A DNA stretch of 64,000 nucleotides from Mytilus californianus (GCF_021869535.1 NW_026262701.1:35340001-35404000); one strand, 5' to 3'; counted from the first letter of the stretch, positions 23,001 through 35,177 are shown. The notes: generated from the letters alone by a model not told the origin. Numbers and translations are program-made.

Positions 23001-25551
23001 AACATTTCATCTACACTACAGTACATTCCATCTATAAAGGGACGCTAACTTACATAAAAAAGCAAGTGAATTCATCAGGATCTGATCGGGTCTATAAATA
23101 TGTTAAACTATCAACTACTTAATGGAGATACATGTACAATCAGCAATTATTATTACCAGATAAAACACAATTTAATTGGATGAATGCTAGAACCTGAAAA
23201 ATGACAAATACTCACTACCAGCGACAGCTAGGACAACTGGGGTACTCGATCCTGTTTCCACGATGTTTGTTGCATAGCAGAAGTATGTTCCTGCATCACT
23301 GCGTTGAACATCTGAAATGGTAAGACTAGGATCGCTCACTGATGATCCACTGTATTTTCCTCCATTAATAGTTATAGTTTCTGTATTGCCTCCCGTTACC
23401 TTTTGCCAATAGATTAAATTATGAGTTGGGTCAGCAGTAACTTGGCAATCTAGAGTGATAGAGCTGTCAACATCGACAATGTATGCAGATGTTGGTACAA
23501 TGACAATTGGTTTATCTGAAACAGTAATAAACATAAAATTTAAAAGGACAATTTATACAAGAATTCAAATATGAAAACTTTTATGAATGAATAATTGATT
23601 CATAAAAACAATGTGTTGATGAATAAATAAATTCTTGTGGTCAGAAACAAATTGTATGAATACATAAAAAGGATAACAGCAATCTACAAAAATATTGGAC
23701 AATATATCAACCCACACCAATCAATAACACCTGACTATTGTAATCTTTCAAATGCATTATGAAAATTCTACGTTTTGCAGAGCATGTTTATTACAATACT
23801 ACATCACGCTCTGACTACAATAAAACAATATACAATAAATTAGTACAGAATGCTTATAAAAGTAATAGCGGTTGTGCATTTTCCACCTTTTTTACATATA
23901 ATAATTCGGCTTTATCTAATTATAAACGCAAAATATATGTAATAAACAGAAGATTTTCTTGTTTCAAAGCAGCAATCCAAATCACACACAAAACACACCA
24001 CTCAAAACAGATCTAAGCATGCTACGCACAGCACTATGTAGTAAATAAAATCCAGAAAGGGAACTTATTAGTTTACTTAACATAATATTATTTGAAACAC
24101 ATAAAACAATTATATAACAAAATGCATTCAATTCAGTCTTGATCATTCATTTATGTTTATAGATCAATAGATATAAATGATTTTAACAATGTCCGTTTAC
24201 TTACTTTTTCATTTAGTCAATCTATTTTCAAATTTATAAACTACTGAGAGTGCTATATGTTGTGGTATGAGCATTTTAATGTTGAATAAATTGTAATATA
24301 CATACATTTTAAAATATTTCACACAATTGCATCATAAATTCAGAATTTTACATCAAATTCAAAGTGTCTGAAAGTTTCTAATTTTTTTAAACCATCTAAA
24401 AAGGACATGGCTTTTCATTCTTATTTATTTTCATCTTTTCAAATAGTACACAAACAAATCAAATGAATGATATTAGAATCTTTGTGCTTCAGGTGCAACT
24501 TTTCAACCTAAAATATATCAAATACTATTATATCTAAAGTATGTTCCATCTATAAAGGCACACTTACACATAAAAAAAAACCAAATGAAGCCATCAATAC
24601 CTGGTCGGGTCTACTTGCAATATGGTAAACTATCATCTACATAATGCAGATGCGTATAGAATCAGCATTATTATTATTATTATTATTATTATTATCATGT
24701 AAAAACTCGTTCTATAGATTAATGCTAGTACCTGCAAATTGAAAATTACTCACTACCAATGACAGCTACGAAAATCTGAGTACTCGATGATGTTCCCAAG
24801 ATGTTTGTTGAATAACAGTAGCATGTTCCGGTATCACTAAACTAAACATTAGAAATGGTGAGACTAGGATTGGTCACTGATGATAGCCTGTATTTTCCTC
24901 CATTTATCTGTATATTTTCTGTATTGCCTCCTGTATCCTTCTGCCAAAATGCTGAATTAAGAGCTTGGTTCTGCAGTGAGTTGATAAGCCAGAGTTATAC
25001 AGGATTATTTTTGAAAATTAATGAAAAATTCTTATCTTTAAAATAAAGTACCAATAATTCATTGAATTATGTTTTTTAGTAATTTTAATCATTTCAGTGA
25101 ACAATGATCTCTTCTTAGTAAGGATCATTAGTTGTATTGAGCTATAATTTTAGATTAAAATCTAAATCTAGAATATACTTTCTAGTACGTTCTATGATGA
25201 GAGGTCAGAAATTATATCTATAAAAGCGTTATAACTTGTTATATACTTCCAACTACGACTAGATTGATACTTGAACTTATTCCTAAACCTTCATTGTTTG
25301 TAATTTTATTTTTGTAATTTCCTTCGTCACTCTATTATATATAATAAGTGGTGGTGGATTAACTGTAGAACCATATTTATTATAATTGGTGGTAAATCCA
25401 ATCTCCTAGACAGTGTTTCCATTAGTTTCCATTAGTTCTCTTCAATCTAACCATGGTTGCAGTAGGATTTGCGGTATATGAACACTGTAGTGTGATGTCT
25501 AATCCTTTGTAGGTAGAATATTGTTCTGGTTTTCTGTTACAGTTGGTATAC
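10718..25551 (-). CDS. Multi-Ig (I-set-like) protein gene, internal exon array; 5' and 3' ends not identified
   Basis: Twelve one-domain exons with C...W...D.G.Y.C motif, intact ones 300-306 bp with AG/GT borders, all phase 1-1. Confidence 0.85.
11155..11198 (+). ncRNA. Minimal type I hammerhead ribozyme motif (core mutated CTCATGA)
   Basis: Stem I GCGTTC/GGACGC, palindromic stem III AAGCGCTT, GAAA; core G to C change. Confidence 0.6.
11508..11551 (+). ncRNA. Minimal type I hammerhead ribozyme motif (core CTGATGA intact, cleavage triplet altered)
   Basis: Same fold as 11155-11198, 353 nt downstream. Confidence 0.65.
11744..12046 (-). CDS. Ig exon B1 (intact, 303 bp)
   Basis: TPNVSLTQNAINV...IGCVV...YWQKI...DAANYVC; tag acceptor, gtaagt donor. 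Confidence 0.9.
12511..12620. repeat. 38-bp tandem repeat x3
   Basis: ATGTCTTGGTTTGTTCAT recurs at 12521, 12559, 12597 separated by (TA)n. Confidence 0.85.
15093..15170. repeat. 26-bp tandem repeat x3
   Basis: GAAAATATTTATTTTCTGAACATACT three times; single copy in the paralogous intron near 22133. Confidence 0.9.
15999..16298 (-). CDS. Ig exon A2 (intact, 300 bp)
   Basis: Paralog of A1; cag acceptor, gtgagt donor. Confidence 0.9.
16475..16777 (-). CDS. Ig exon B2 (intact, 303 bp)
   Basis: Paralog of B1; cag acceptor, gtaagt donor. Confidence 0.9.
16865..17035 (+). mobile_element. Decayed single copy of the retrozyme-like repeat
   Basis: Aligns by eye to 11410-11580; hammerhead relic GAGCGTTC-TTGATGA...GAAAAGCTCTTCGGACGC. 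Confidence 0.65.
17042..17415 (-). mobile_element. Abundant interspersed repeat (3' end of a second Penelope-like family)
   Basis: AAGAAGATGTGGTATGATTGCCAATGAGACAAC... also at about 14580, 26315, 37315, 45650, 50395, 53540, 55545; at 37315-38232 it is continuous with a PLE-like ORF end. Confidence 0.75.
17445..17699. repeat. 21-bp minisatellite, about 12 copies
   Basis: Unit CATTCCATCTACACTACAGTA; explains the spurious IPSTLHY-repeat ORF. Confidence 0.9.
17876..18162 (-). pseudogene. Ig exon A3, acceptor lost
   Basis: Body open and A-like, but first codons and acceptor replaced by unrelated sequence at about 18163; donor weakened to gtgggg. Confidence 0.7.
18614..18829. mobile_element. MITE with degenerate approx. 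38-bp TIRs
   Basis: ATTCATTTTTATTCGTGGGATACCAATTTT vs AAAATTGGTATCCAGGAAAATAAATGAAT; absent from the paralogous intron next to exon C2. Confidence 0.65.
18848..19153 (-). CDS. Ig exon C1 (intact, 306 bp)
   Basis: IPTVTVDQSSY...LQCSY...VRWER...DEGNYKC; tag acceptor, gtaagt donor. Confidence 0.9.
19619..19921 (-). CDS. Ig exon D1 (intact, 303 bp)
   Basis: APVVNVASNSY...LQCTV...VKWQR...DEGRYVC; tag acceptor, gtacgt donor. Confidence 0.9.
21233..21498 (-). pseudogene. Ig exon E1, 5'-truncated and degenerate
   Basis: VSVTIGQTITLIC...VYWRR...DIGDYKC; donor gtaagt intact, no in-frame acceptor, one codon deleted (SNPLTI). Confidence 0.7.
21692..21994 (-). CDS. Ig exon B3 (intact, 303 bp)
   Basis: Paralog of B1/B2; AG/GT borders. 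Confidence 0.9.
23216..23515 (-). CDS. Ig exon A4 (intact, 300 bp)
   Basis: Paralog of A1/A2; cag acceptor, gtgagt donor. Confidence 0.9.
24754..25000 (-). pseudogene. Ig exon A5, truncated and frameshifted
   Basis: A-like nucleotide sequence, first Cys codon changed to TAT, indels, 5' part missing. Confidence 0.75.
25247..25551 (-). pseudogene. Ig exon C2, frameshifted
   Basis: C1-like sequence with indels and a short duplication (TTTCCATTAG x2). Confidence 0.75.
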
Positions 25552-26089
25552 CTATGAAAATAATATTAACAGTAAGGACTAATTTTGTTGTTTTTGTAAT
25601 TAATGACATTCTGTTTATAAAAATAAATCATAGAAAAATAAATTCACTTTAAGTAAAGTATATAAGGTACAAGATGAATCATTGTTGTTACAATATAATC
25701 TCATTCAACCGAACCCTTAATTTTACTTAAAAATATATTCAGAATAAAATCTTCAGCTCAGGTTGTACGGTATTTAAACTTTCCAGGGGGACATTCTTAA
25801 AAGAATTATTACTATTTTAAAAATGTTTACCTGATCAGGTATGGCTGAAACAATTAGGTAATTGAATGATGCTGTATTTAAGAAAATTAAACCTTTGTGT
25901 TTTGTGATTTTCAAAATTTATTCCACGTAATAAACCTATTACTTTCACAATATAAAGTTTTTTTTAAGTTCTCTGACATTCATGAGATTAAAAAAATCGA
26001 AACTTGCTCTGATTTTATTATGTAATGTAAAAATAGTTAACATGATATACAAGTACCAATATAACTCTGAATGTCAGAGTATTGAATAA

Positions 26090-26309
26090 GTAAACAACAA
26101 TATTGTGCTATTTCGTGGCGGTCAGTTTTTATTGGTGGAGGAAGCCGGAGTGCCCGGAGAGAGCCACCGACCTTCCGAAGGAAAACTGACAATCCTAGTC
26201 AATTAAGATAGGAGTCGAGTGCACCTGCCCTGTGTGAGATTCGAACTGACAACCTCAGTGTTGACTGGCTAGTTCGACTACATAGACAATTCGGCCACTG
26301 AGGCCCCCC
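26090..26309 (-). mobile_element. tRNA-derived SINE with V/Meta-like central domain
   Basis: Minus-strand head GGGGGGCCTCAGTGGCCGAATTG (A box), GTTCGAATC (B box), core CCGGGCACTCCGGCTTCCTCCACC. Confidence 0.75.
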
Positions 26310-28904
26310 GAAACACATGAAGATATTGGTATGATTGCTAATGAGACAACTATTCACCAGAGTTAACATGAAGTGGTAGCAAGCAGTTGTAGGCCTCCGT
26401 ACAGCCGTCAACAATGAGAAAAACTCATATCGTATACTAGTAATCAACTAGAAAATGTCCCGAAATGAAAAATGTGAAAAAATTAATATTACAATATTGG
26501 TATTTCTTTAATATGATTCTCTATATGAATTAGATTTTTAAACAGTACCTGTCTATTGTCGAAGACAGTATGTTTTTTTTTGTTTTTCGAAACCTTGCTG
26601 TCGCTTTAACATGTACCCCAAATATCCTTTTATACTTGAGTATTTAAACTATAAATTTGACAAAAAAGATTAGTAGAGAACGATATTAAAACAGCAAACA
26701 CAATTTTAGGTTTACATTGCGCTAAAATTTGAATGAACTCAAGTGACTACCTAAGATCCGACATACATATAAGCATACCATTTTCAATGGACAAAAGTAT
26801 AAAGATAATAACAAATACTGACATTAATCTACATTTTTAGACAAATATCAAAACAGAATTAAATGTTTAACGTCACGTTGTCTCTTCAATTTTTTTACAA
26901 ATACTATTTAATAAAAAAAAGTTTTATTTTACCTTCAATGGCCCAAGGAAAGTTGAAGTGTAACCTTTTTAAAGCTAAATAATTATAAATTATTAAAAAA
27001 ATCAACTACGAAATCTGACACCATATTAGTATAAAGTTATGGCCTTTGTTATATATTTAATTGTTTCCCCTCTGTAAGTTTTCAATGCAAAATGTTTTAG
27101 GTGTTTGTATAAATATGCTCTGTTCGGGTTAAAGAAATAGTAGAGAAATTTAATAGATTAAAAGTAAAATATCAGATAGTATTGTCCTTACTAGATAGCT
27201 TGGATGAACTGACAAACACTTAAAAAGTTGTGACACAGTTGAACCAAAACAAAAAATAATACAAATTGTAATGTTATACTATGTAATCTGATAAAGGATT
27301 AAAAATAAATGTTAAAACACTGATATTCTTCATAATGGCATTGGTATTGTCTAAACGCAATGAGATACACATTTTGTTTGGCATTGTTGTGATAAAAGTC
27401 TGTTTTAAGCTTGACTTTTAACACAACACAGTATAAATAAAATGATTAGTTTTAAATCTTATTTGCCAAATATTGAACACATCTAGCAGAAATCCCAATC
27501 TCTGATTGTAATATTATTAGTAAAAAACATAATGTGCAAAGTCGGTGAAATTTTGGGAAAACGTAACTGTTTTCGATGATTTTGTCGTGTTTACAAAACA
27601 TAAAACAGTTTTTCCCCAAATTGCACCGATTTTAAGATTGATTATACTTTTGTTTGTTGCTCTCACTTAAGCGATTACCAAAATGTCTGGCAGAAAAGAT
27701 AACCTTGTCAAAAATTTTAATACCCGGAGTAAAAGTTGGTTATATGAAAAAGTCTATTCTTAATTGAAATTAGTGATGAGGTATTTCTTGGAATTTGTTT
27801 CCAAAATTTAGAAACTTTTACTACTTAAGTTTGGCTCCTGGTGGGGTTATTATCTTTGGTGTCTGGTTATTATTGGCTCTTAAGTGAAAACAGTTAATAT
27901 ATGTTTATTTATTTAAATAAAAATGTGTTTCTAAAGTTATGAACATAATTATCAATAAGTCCCGTGAACGATGAAAGCGCAGGACTTTAAACATATAGAA
28001 AATTTATATTGCATGTCTTTGAAAGACCCAGGAAGTGTTACTAGTATGTACATATAATAAGTATTACTTTTAATTGAGTTTTATAAAAGGTGTTGAAGGA
28101 AAAGAGGTTGTGGTCAATTCTGTACAAAATATAATATATTAAACAATTCATTTGCGTTTTTATTAAGATATACTCTTCAATCAATTGAAAACCAGAAGAT
28201 ATCTAGCTGTCCATATTAGCTCATGTGTTTATACGTAGGTACTTTATGTTAATCGGAATCTTTACAGGGCATATAAGCACATATTTTCTGTCAATGTTTT
28301 ATGTTCCCCATACCATATACTAAGAGATATACGGCAATGATAGGGAAAATTATGAGTTACATAGTGTGCTACTGACCTAATACGATATCTATGGGGTCAG
28401 TAAATTCCATATATCACTAGCACACTGTGTAACACATTTATCTTACCAACTATCTTAACTTGTGGTACTTAGACTAGTGGCCTATTAAAGTGACCAAGCT
28501 TTCAATATTTAGAACCTAGTTCCACTGGTCCATGCATAAACAAATGCTCCACGCGGTCGTTTAAAACCAATCATATTCCTAGAAATGTATAGGAGGTAAT
28601 ATAAATGCACATATCTCCTGTGAAGCCCGAAAAACAATTACATTGTAATTCAGCGTCCTGATTTCAACATTAATTACCATTTTGATCTTTGTTTTTTGTT
28701 CACTGGGGGTATGAGCTCATATCTTTTCTCAAGGCAACCAATCAAATTGCAGCATTAGACGGAAAATAACTACAGTAAGATATAATATAACATACTTGTA
28801 ATCATGACGGACCTTGCCAGAGATCCCCTAGGACATGGGAAGTTGTAAAGATTGAAATCTGACTCATAACTTACATTTTATACATTCCAAAAACAGTACA
28901 AATA

Positions 28905-29090
28905 TTTGTACATGTGGCACCCGTCGTTTTGCTCATGATAGTACAAACCCGATAATGAGTTTAATTTGATAGGTCACATTCGAGAAAAGGGGACGGGCTT
29001 GTAGTCGCGACATTAGGAACATATCCGCTATCATCTGTGAAACGGATATTTTATAACGATCAACCAACTCGTGATGGCGTTCATTAAATA
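28905..29090 (-). mobile_element. Naiad-type PLE 3' fragment
   Basis: RHHELVDRY..SVSQMI..MF motif and the family 3' UTR (ACATGTGGCACCCGTCG). Confidence 0.7.
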
Positions 29091-29299
29091 TACTCATTTC
29101 AGATACTTTGTCCCTATATATATCATTTATAATATTATTCAAATAAATAAAACACACACACCATATACACATGCATTGTAAAGCTTAGAAAGTAATTGAA
29201 GTTTCCAACATTTGCGAGTAAGTTAATTGAAGTTTTATATAGTAAGGTCAGAATCAGGATTGTGCTTGATTTTCATATGATGGAGACATTATCTTTCAA

Positions 29300-30060
29300 T
29301 CAGTTTAATTGAGGTCTGGAGCTGGCATGTCAGTAACTGCTAGTAGTCCTTTGTTTATTTATGTATCATTGTTATTTTCCTTAGTTTCTTTTTTTACTTA
29401 TTCTGACATCGGACTCGGACTTCTTTTAAATTGAGTTTTACTGTGCGTATTGTTGTGTGTTTCTGTATTCTACATTGTTTTTAATTTTAGTTCATTTATA
29501 TGTTTTGGAGTTAAGTATGACGTCCATTTTCACTGAACTAGTACACATTTTTATTTAGGGGCCAGCAGAGGTCCACCTCCGAGTGCAGGATTTCCTCACT
29601 CCATTGAAGACCCATTGGTGGCCTTCGGCTGTTATCTGCTCTTTGGTCGGGTTGTTGTCTCTTTGATTTATTTCCATTCTCAATTTTATTCTTTTAAAAT
29701 GAGTTTAACTGTGCGTTTTGCTGTGCATTTGTTTATACCACTTTGGCTCGAGGTATAGGGGAGGGTTGAAATCTCACAAAACATGTTAAACCCCGCCGCA
29801 TTTTTTGTGCCTGATCCAGGTCAGGAACCTCAGACCTTTGTTAGTCTTATATGTTCTTTAATTTTTAGTTGATTTATATGTTTCGGAGTTAGGTGAGGCG
29901 TCCATTTCGCTGAACCAGTATACATTATTGTTTTTTGGCCAGCTGAAGCCCGGCTACGACTGCCAGGTTTTCTCGCTGCGTTGAAGACCTATTGCTGGAC
30001 TTGGACTGTTTTCTGTCCTTTTGGTCAGGTTGTGGTCTCTTTGACACATTCCCCGTTAAC
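29300..30060 (+). mobile_element. Tandem partial copies of a PLE-like 3' terminal repeat
   Basis: Two related approx. 300-bp blocks (29420-29690, 29695-30055) sharing TTGAAGACC...GTCTCTTTGA with other window repeats. Confidence 0.55.
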
Positions 30061-30189
30061 ATATCAATTCTGATAAAAGCTATTCGTTAAAATCTAAATC
30101 TGCAATTCGTCTAGGAAGGAAAACAATGACTGTTATTGTGCAAATCCTAATGATATACTAGTAAAATATCACTATATATATAGCTGATC

Positions 30190-31255
30190 AAGGAAATCAT
30201 GATAGGAAATACAAGCCCTGGAGTATCGTATCAACCGGGAGATATATACTCCGTATGCAGTCGCTGCTGAAATGTTGCTACATATATAGAAATGGAACGT
30301 CCACAATTTGGAAGCTGAAATCAACTCTTTTGTCGTAAAGTTTTGTTTTCAACCGATTGTCAATTTCTAGATGTGAGTCAAGATATGAAGCAGACATAAC
30401 TATATCTGTGGCATCCTTTATCTCAAATTCGATTGGATACATGCGTTCAACATAGTCACCAAATTTTGAAATAAAGTTAAAGGATACTGCTAACTTCTTT
30501 TCTTTCTTCTTTGGAAGTTCCTGTATGAAGTCAGCCTCATATGAATAAAGAAACAAGTCGGTAAGAAGAGGTACACAGTTGATTCCCATGGGAATGCCGA
30601 TTGTTTGTTGAAAAACACGTCCTCCAAACGTAACAAATATGTTGTAAATCAAGAAATCAAGCATCTTGATAATATCAGTTTCAGAGAATTTTTTGTTTGA
30701 ATCAGAGTGATTTTTTAAAAAGTAGGATTTATCCCTCCCTAAGACAAGATACTTGTATCTACGTTGGCCACTCTTTATTATGAAACAAAGCAGGACTCTT
30801 TCAATTTGTCTTTAGTTTTGAATGTGGAATACTTGTGTAAAGTGTAGAAAAGTCAAATGTTTTAATACTATTGCAAAATGTATTTACTCTAAAAGATCTT
30901 TGGATTTTTTTAGTATCCATATCTGATTCTCGCCACTTCCAGAACATGTAGTTTCACTTTTAGGTTGATTGCTGATAAAATTGATGTAAATAATTTAGAA
31001 CGAGGTTTCGTGGAGCACTTGGAAGACCCAGCAACATACCGTTGTATGTAAGGACTCGTATGTAGTTTAAGTATCCAATACATTGATGGAAGATCCAGTT
31101 CTTCATCTTTTGTTTAAAAGAAGGAACATAGAAAAGACCTATGATTCTCCAGAATTTCCTCTTTAGTAAGTGTCGTTGGGTATATGATGAGTTTCCAAGT
31201 GAATTGTCAATACCTAATATAGGTAATAGAAATGTGTTGCCTAAGTGTTGCAACC
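30190..31255 (-). mobile_element. Naiad-type PLE RT fragment
   Basis: FQQTIGIPMGINCVPLLTDLFLYSYEADF, SASYLD.HLEID; frameshifted. Confidence 0.85.
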
Positions 31256-31861
31256 TTAGGCTAAATATAATTAATTAAGTGTTTTGTAAACAAATATTTT
31301 ACAGTCACAATACTTCTTATATAAAAACAATATATAAACTCAATAAAAAAACATTTTCGTTATATTATAGAAACACAAGGTATCAATAAGTAAAATAACA
31401 AAAATACCGAACTCTGAGGAAAATTCAAAACATCCAGTGTAGTCAAATGGCAAAATCAAAAGCCCAAACACATTAAACGAATGGATAACAACTGTCATAT
31501 TCTTGACTTAGTAAAGACATTGTTTTATGTAGAAAATGGTGGATTGAACCTAAATTGTTCGACGAAGGAATTGTTCATAAGATTGACAAAAATTCTGCCT
31601 GCAGTGAAAGAGGGTCTTTAGAAATGCTGTGAAGCTTTTAACTTGCGTAATGGTATTAACCATATGTGGATTCTAAAAACTTTACAGAAAATCTGGATAA
31701 TTCTAAATCTCGATCTTTCCTGAAATTAGTTCTATCAAAACTTCTAATTTTTCAACCCTGTATACCAGCATTCCCCATGAGAAATTAAAAAATCGTCTAA
31801 AAAAATAATTCGCAATGTTTTTCAATGTAAAAAAGGTAGCATACGGTATAAATTTATTACT

Positions 31862-33395
31862 TTGGGATACCATACGGCATATTTTGTTAATAATGAACAA
31901 AAAGGTAAAACATGCTACACAGAGGAACAAGTGAACAGTATGCTGGAGTTTCATATTGACAACATATTTGGAGGAAAATTCCTCAACAAATTGTCGGCAT
32001 TCCTATGGGAACGAACTGTGTACCTCTCCTTGCCGATCTCTTCTTATTCTCATATGAGTCGGAGTTCCTCTAGACACTTGTCAAAAACAAGAAGATCAAA
32101 GAAGCCAGATCATTCAACTTCACATTCAGATATTTTGATGATGTTTTTTCTATTAATAATCCAAACTTTCTTTTCCGATTGGGTTCTACTAAAGTGGTAC
32201 CAAACACCTGGGCTAAAATTATATTGGCTCGTTTAATTTTCATAAAATTTTGACAAAATATTCACTTTGACCCTTTGACAAAAATGTAAAATTTAAAAAA
32301 AAACTTGAACCACACACTTTGTCGGAAAAATTTCATTGGGTATATAGCAGTTTGACAAACACTATTTTTGATCATTGAGAAGCTTAATATTTCCTTAAAA
32401 ATAGAACGTGATTAAAAAGTTCAGCTGATTTTTACAGAGTTATCTTCCTGTAGTGTTATGTACCACCTTAATATATCCTGCAGAACTAGAAAATAAGGAA
32501 ACAATAGACAAGGCTCCCTCTGCCTTATTTTTAGACTTATACCTCGAATTTGACATAAGTGTTCATTGCAGTACTAGAATCTATGACAAACGAGACGATC
32601 TTAATTATGAAGTTATCAATTTCCCCCGTCTTAGTAGGAATATACCAACTTCATCTGCATATTGGATATACATTACCAAACTCATTCGGTATTCAAGAGC
32701 TTGTAGCTGCTACTCAGGCTTTGTTAAACGTCACCAGTGTCTGAGCAGAAAGCTGACGAACCAGGATAATGTCAAAGAACGTCTCGTCCTTTTTCTAAAA
32801 AAAGTTCACCGGAAGATACCAAGACCTTGTTGATAGATATTCCGTTCAACTTCACAAATAATACACGATGGTCTTGAAGTATAGGTTCTAAGTACTAACG
32901 TTATTTTTCATCTAAATAACGTGTTATAGTGTTCTTTTATTTGTCTTTGTATATCATTACTTTGACTGTAAAGTCTATTTTTTGTAATATTTATTTGACC
33001 TGGCTCGGTACTTATACATCCTCCTTTGTGTTATTGTGCTATGGTAAAATTTTTGTATTCTTGTCTTTCGATTTTGATTATGTACTTTGTCTATATGCTT
33101 TTTTGTTTTTTTTTGTTGACATATTTGTTTTTTTTTATAGTGTTTAAGATAATAACACAATGTTAACTGATGTACCCCTATTATTGACATTTTTACCTAT
33201 TATGTCTGTTTGTTTTGTTCACTCATTGTTGTCAATATAAAGGAATTTTATGCGACTGTCATACAAGTGAGAGGTTTAGCTAGCTATAAAACCAAGTTTA
33301 ATCCACCATTCTCTACATAAGAAAATGCCTGTACCAATTCAGGAATATGACAGTTTTATATCCGTTTCGAATTTTCTTCAGCGTTCGGTATTTTT
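31862..33395 (+). mobile_element. PLE RT fragment of a third family plus 3' UTR, interrupted by a MITE
   Basis: VNSMLEFHIDNIF, LIYPAELE, FLDLYLEFD, TKLIRYSRAC; 3' UTR shared with copies at 13205, 31385, 38885, 47800. Confidence 0.8.
32193..32467. mobile_element. TTAA-target MITE (Kolobok-like), 275 bp
   Basis: Ends (A/G)GTGGTAC...GTACCACC, flanks CTAA and TTAA; removal restores in-frame DWVLLIYP of the host RT. Confidence 0.75.
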
Positions 33396-33488
33396 GACTT
33401 TTGACACCTTTTTGGAGTCTTGGATTGTGGAATAAATTGCAAAAATGTGTTATCAATCTGAAAAAAATGCACCTTCAATTTGACAAAA

Positions 33489-35177
33489 CTAGAGGCTCTC
33501 AAGAGCCTGTGTCGCTCACCTGATTCTACTTTGGTTTTGGAAATCATGTTGAAATAGATTAAAATCATAACAGATACCCTAATAATGAGTGAGGCCAAAT
33601 TTGGTTTAATATTGGCCCTGTAATTTAAAAAAAAAATCCTGGTGGACATCTTGAAAAGTAAATCAGCAACAAAGTAGCAACACTTCATCAGCACCTCATA
33701 AGAAACATTTATGCCATGTTTGGTTTCATTCCATTCAGTGCACCTCTAGAAGAAGCATTTGTATGTATTTCCAATAGGGTCTTATGTTAAAGGAAGTCCC
33801 CCGCTGGCGGCCATCGTGGATGAAGGATCAGCTTCAAAGTAACAACACTTAGTCAGCACCTCATAAGGAACATTTATGCCATGTTTGGTTTCAATCCATT
33901 AAGTGGTTCTCTAAAAGAAGACATTCGTATGTATTGTCCATAGGGTCCTTTGTTAAACACTGTCCCCAGCTGGTGAGCATCTTGGATTATGGATCGGCTT
34001 CAAAGTAACAACACTTGGTCAACCTTCATAAAGAACATTAATGCCATGTTTGGTTTCATTCCATTCAGTGGTTCTCTAAAAGAAGACATTCGTATGTATT
34101 TCCCATAGGGTTCTATGTTAAACTAAGTCCCCCGCTGGCGGCCATCTTGGATGATGGATCGGCTTCAAAGTAACAATACTTGGTCAGCACCTCATAAGGA
34201 ACATTCATGCCATGTTTGGTTTCATTCCATTCAGTGCTTCTCTAAAAGAAGACATTTGTAAATACTTCCCATAGGGTTCTATGTTAAACTAAGTCCCCCG
34301 CTGGCGGCCATCTTGGATGATGGATCGGCTTCAAAGTAACAACACTTGGTCAGCACCTCAAAAGCAACATTCATGTCATGTTTGGTTTCATTCCATTCAG
34401 TGGTTCTCTAAAAGAAGACATTTGTATGTATTTCCCATAGGGTCCTATGTTAAACTAAGTCCCCCGCTGGCGGCCATCTTGGATGATGGATCAGCTTCAA
34501 AGTAACAACACGTGGTCAGCACCTCATAAGGAACATTCATGCCATGTTTGGTTACATTCCATTCAGTGGTTCTCTAAAAGAAGACATTTGTATGTATTTC
34601 CCATGGGTCCTATGTTAAACTAAGTCCCCCGCTGGCGGCCATCTTTGATGATGGATCGGCTTCAAAGTAACAACACTTGGTCAGTACCTCATAAGAAAAG
34701 TTTATGCCATGTTTGGTTTCATTCCATTTAGTGGTTCTCTAAAAGAAGACATTCGTATGTATTTCCCATAGGGTCCTATGTTAAACTAAGTCACCCGCTG
34801 GCGGCCATCTTGGATTATGGATCGGCTTCAAAGTAACAACACTTGGCCAGCACCTCATCAGCAACATTCATGCCATGTTTGGTTTCATTCCATTCAGTGC
34901 TTCTCTAAAAGAAGACATTTGTATGTATTTCCCATAGGGTCCTATGTTAAACTAAGTCCCCTGCTGGCGGCCATCTTGGATGATGGATCGGCTTCAAAGT
35001 AACAACACTTGGTCAGCACCTCATAAGGAACATTCATGCCATGTTTGGTTTCATTTCATTTAGTGGTTCTCTAGAAGAAGTTCAAAATGTAAAAAGTTAA
35101 CGACGACGACGGACGACGGACGACGGACGCTAAGTGATGAGAAAAGCTCACTTGGCCCTTCGGGCCAGGTGAACTAA
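33489..35177 (+). mobile_element. Helentron-associated HINE / pearl-like element with internal tandem array
   Basis: 5' hairpin AGGCTC-TCAA-GAGCCT and GCTCACCTG; 3' (GACG)n microsatellite and hairpin AGCTCACTTGGCCC-TTC-GGGCCAGGTGAACT; sits in A-runs. Confidence 0.8.
33660..35090. repeat. 165-166-bp tandem array, about 8.5-9 monomers
   Basis: GCCATGTTTGG anchor at 33713, 33878, 34043, 34209, 34375, 34541, 34706, 34872, 35038. Confidence 0.95.

Noticed and set aside
26500-28800. Candidate 5' exons or promoter (CCAAT boxes near 28567 and 28738) of the Ig gene
   Set aside because: No signal-peptide exon with convincing splice sites; motifs may belong to a repeat.
33660-35090. Possible CRISPR array or repeat-encoded peptides (ORFs 34317, 34817)
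   Set aside because: Monomers are homologous over their whole length with no unique spacers; eukaryotic context; ORFs are array translations.
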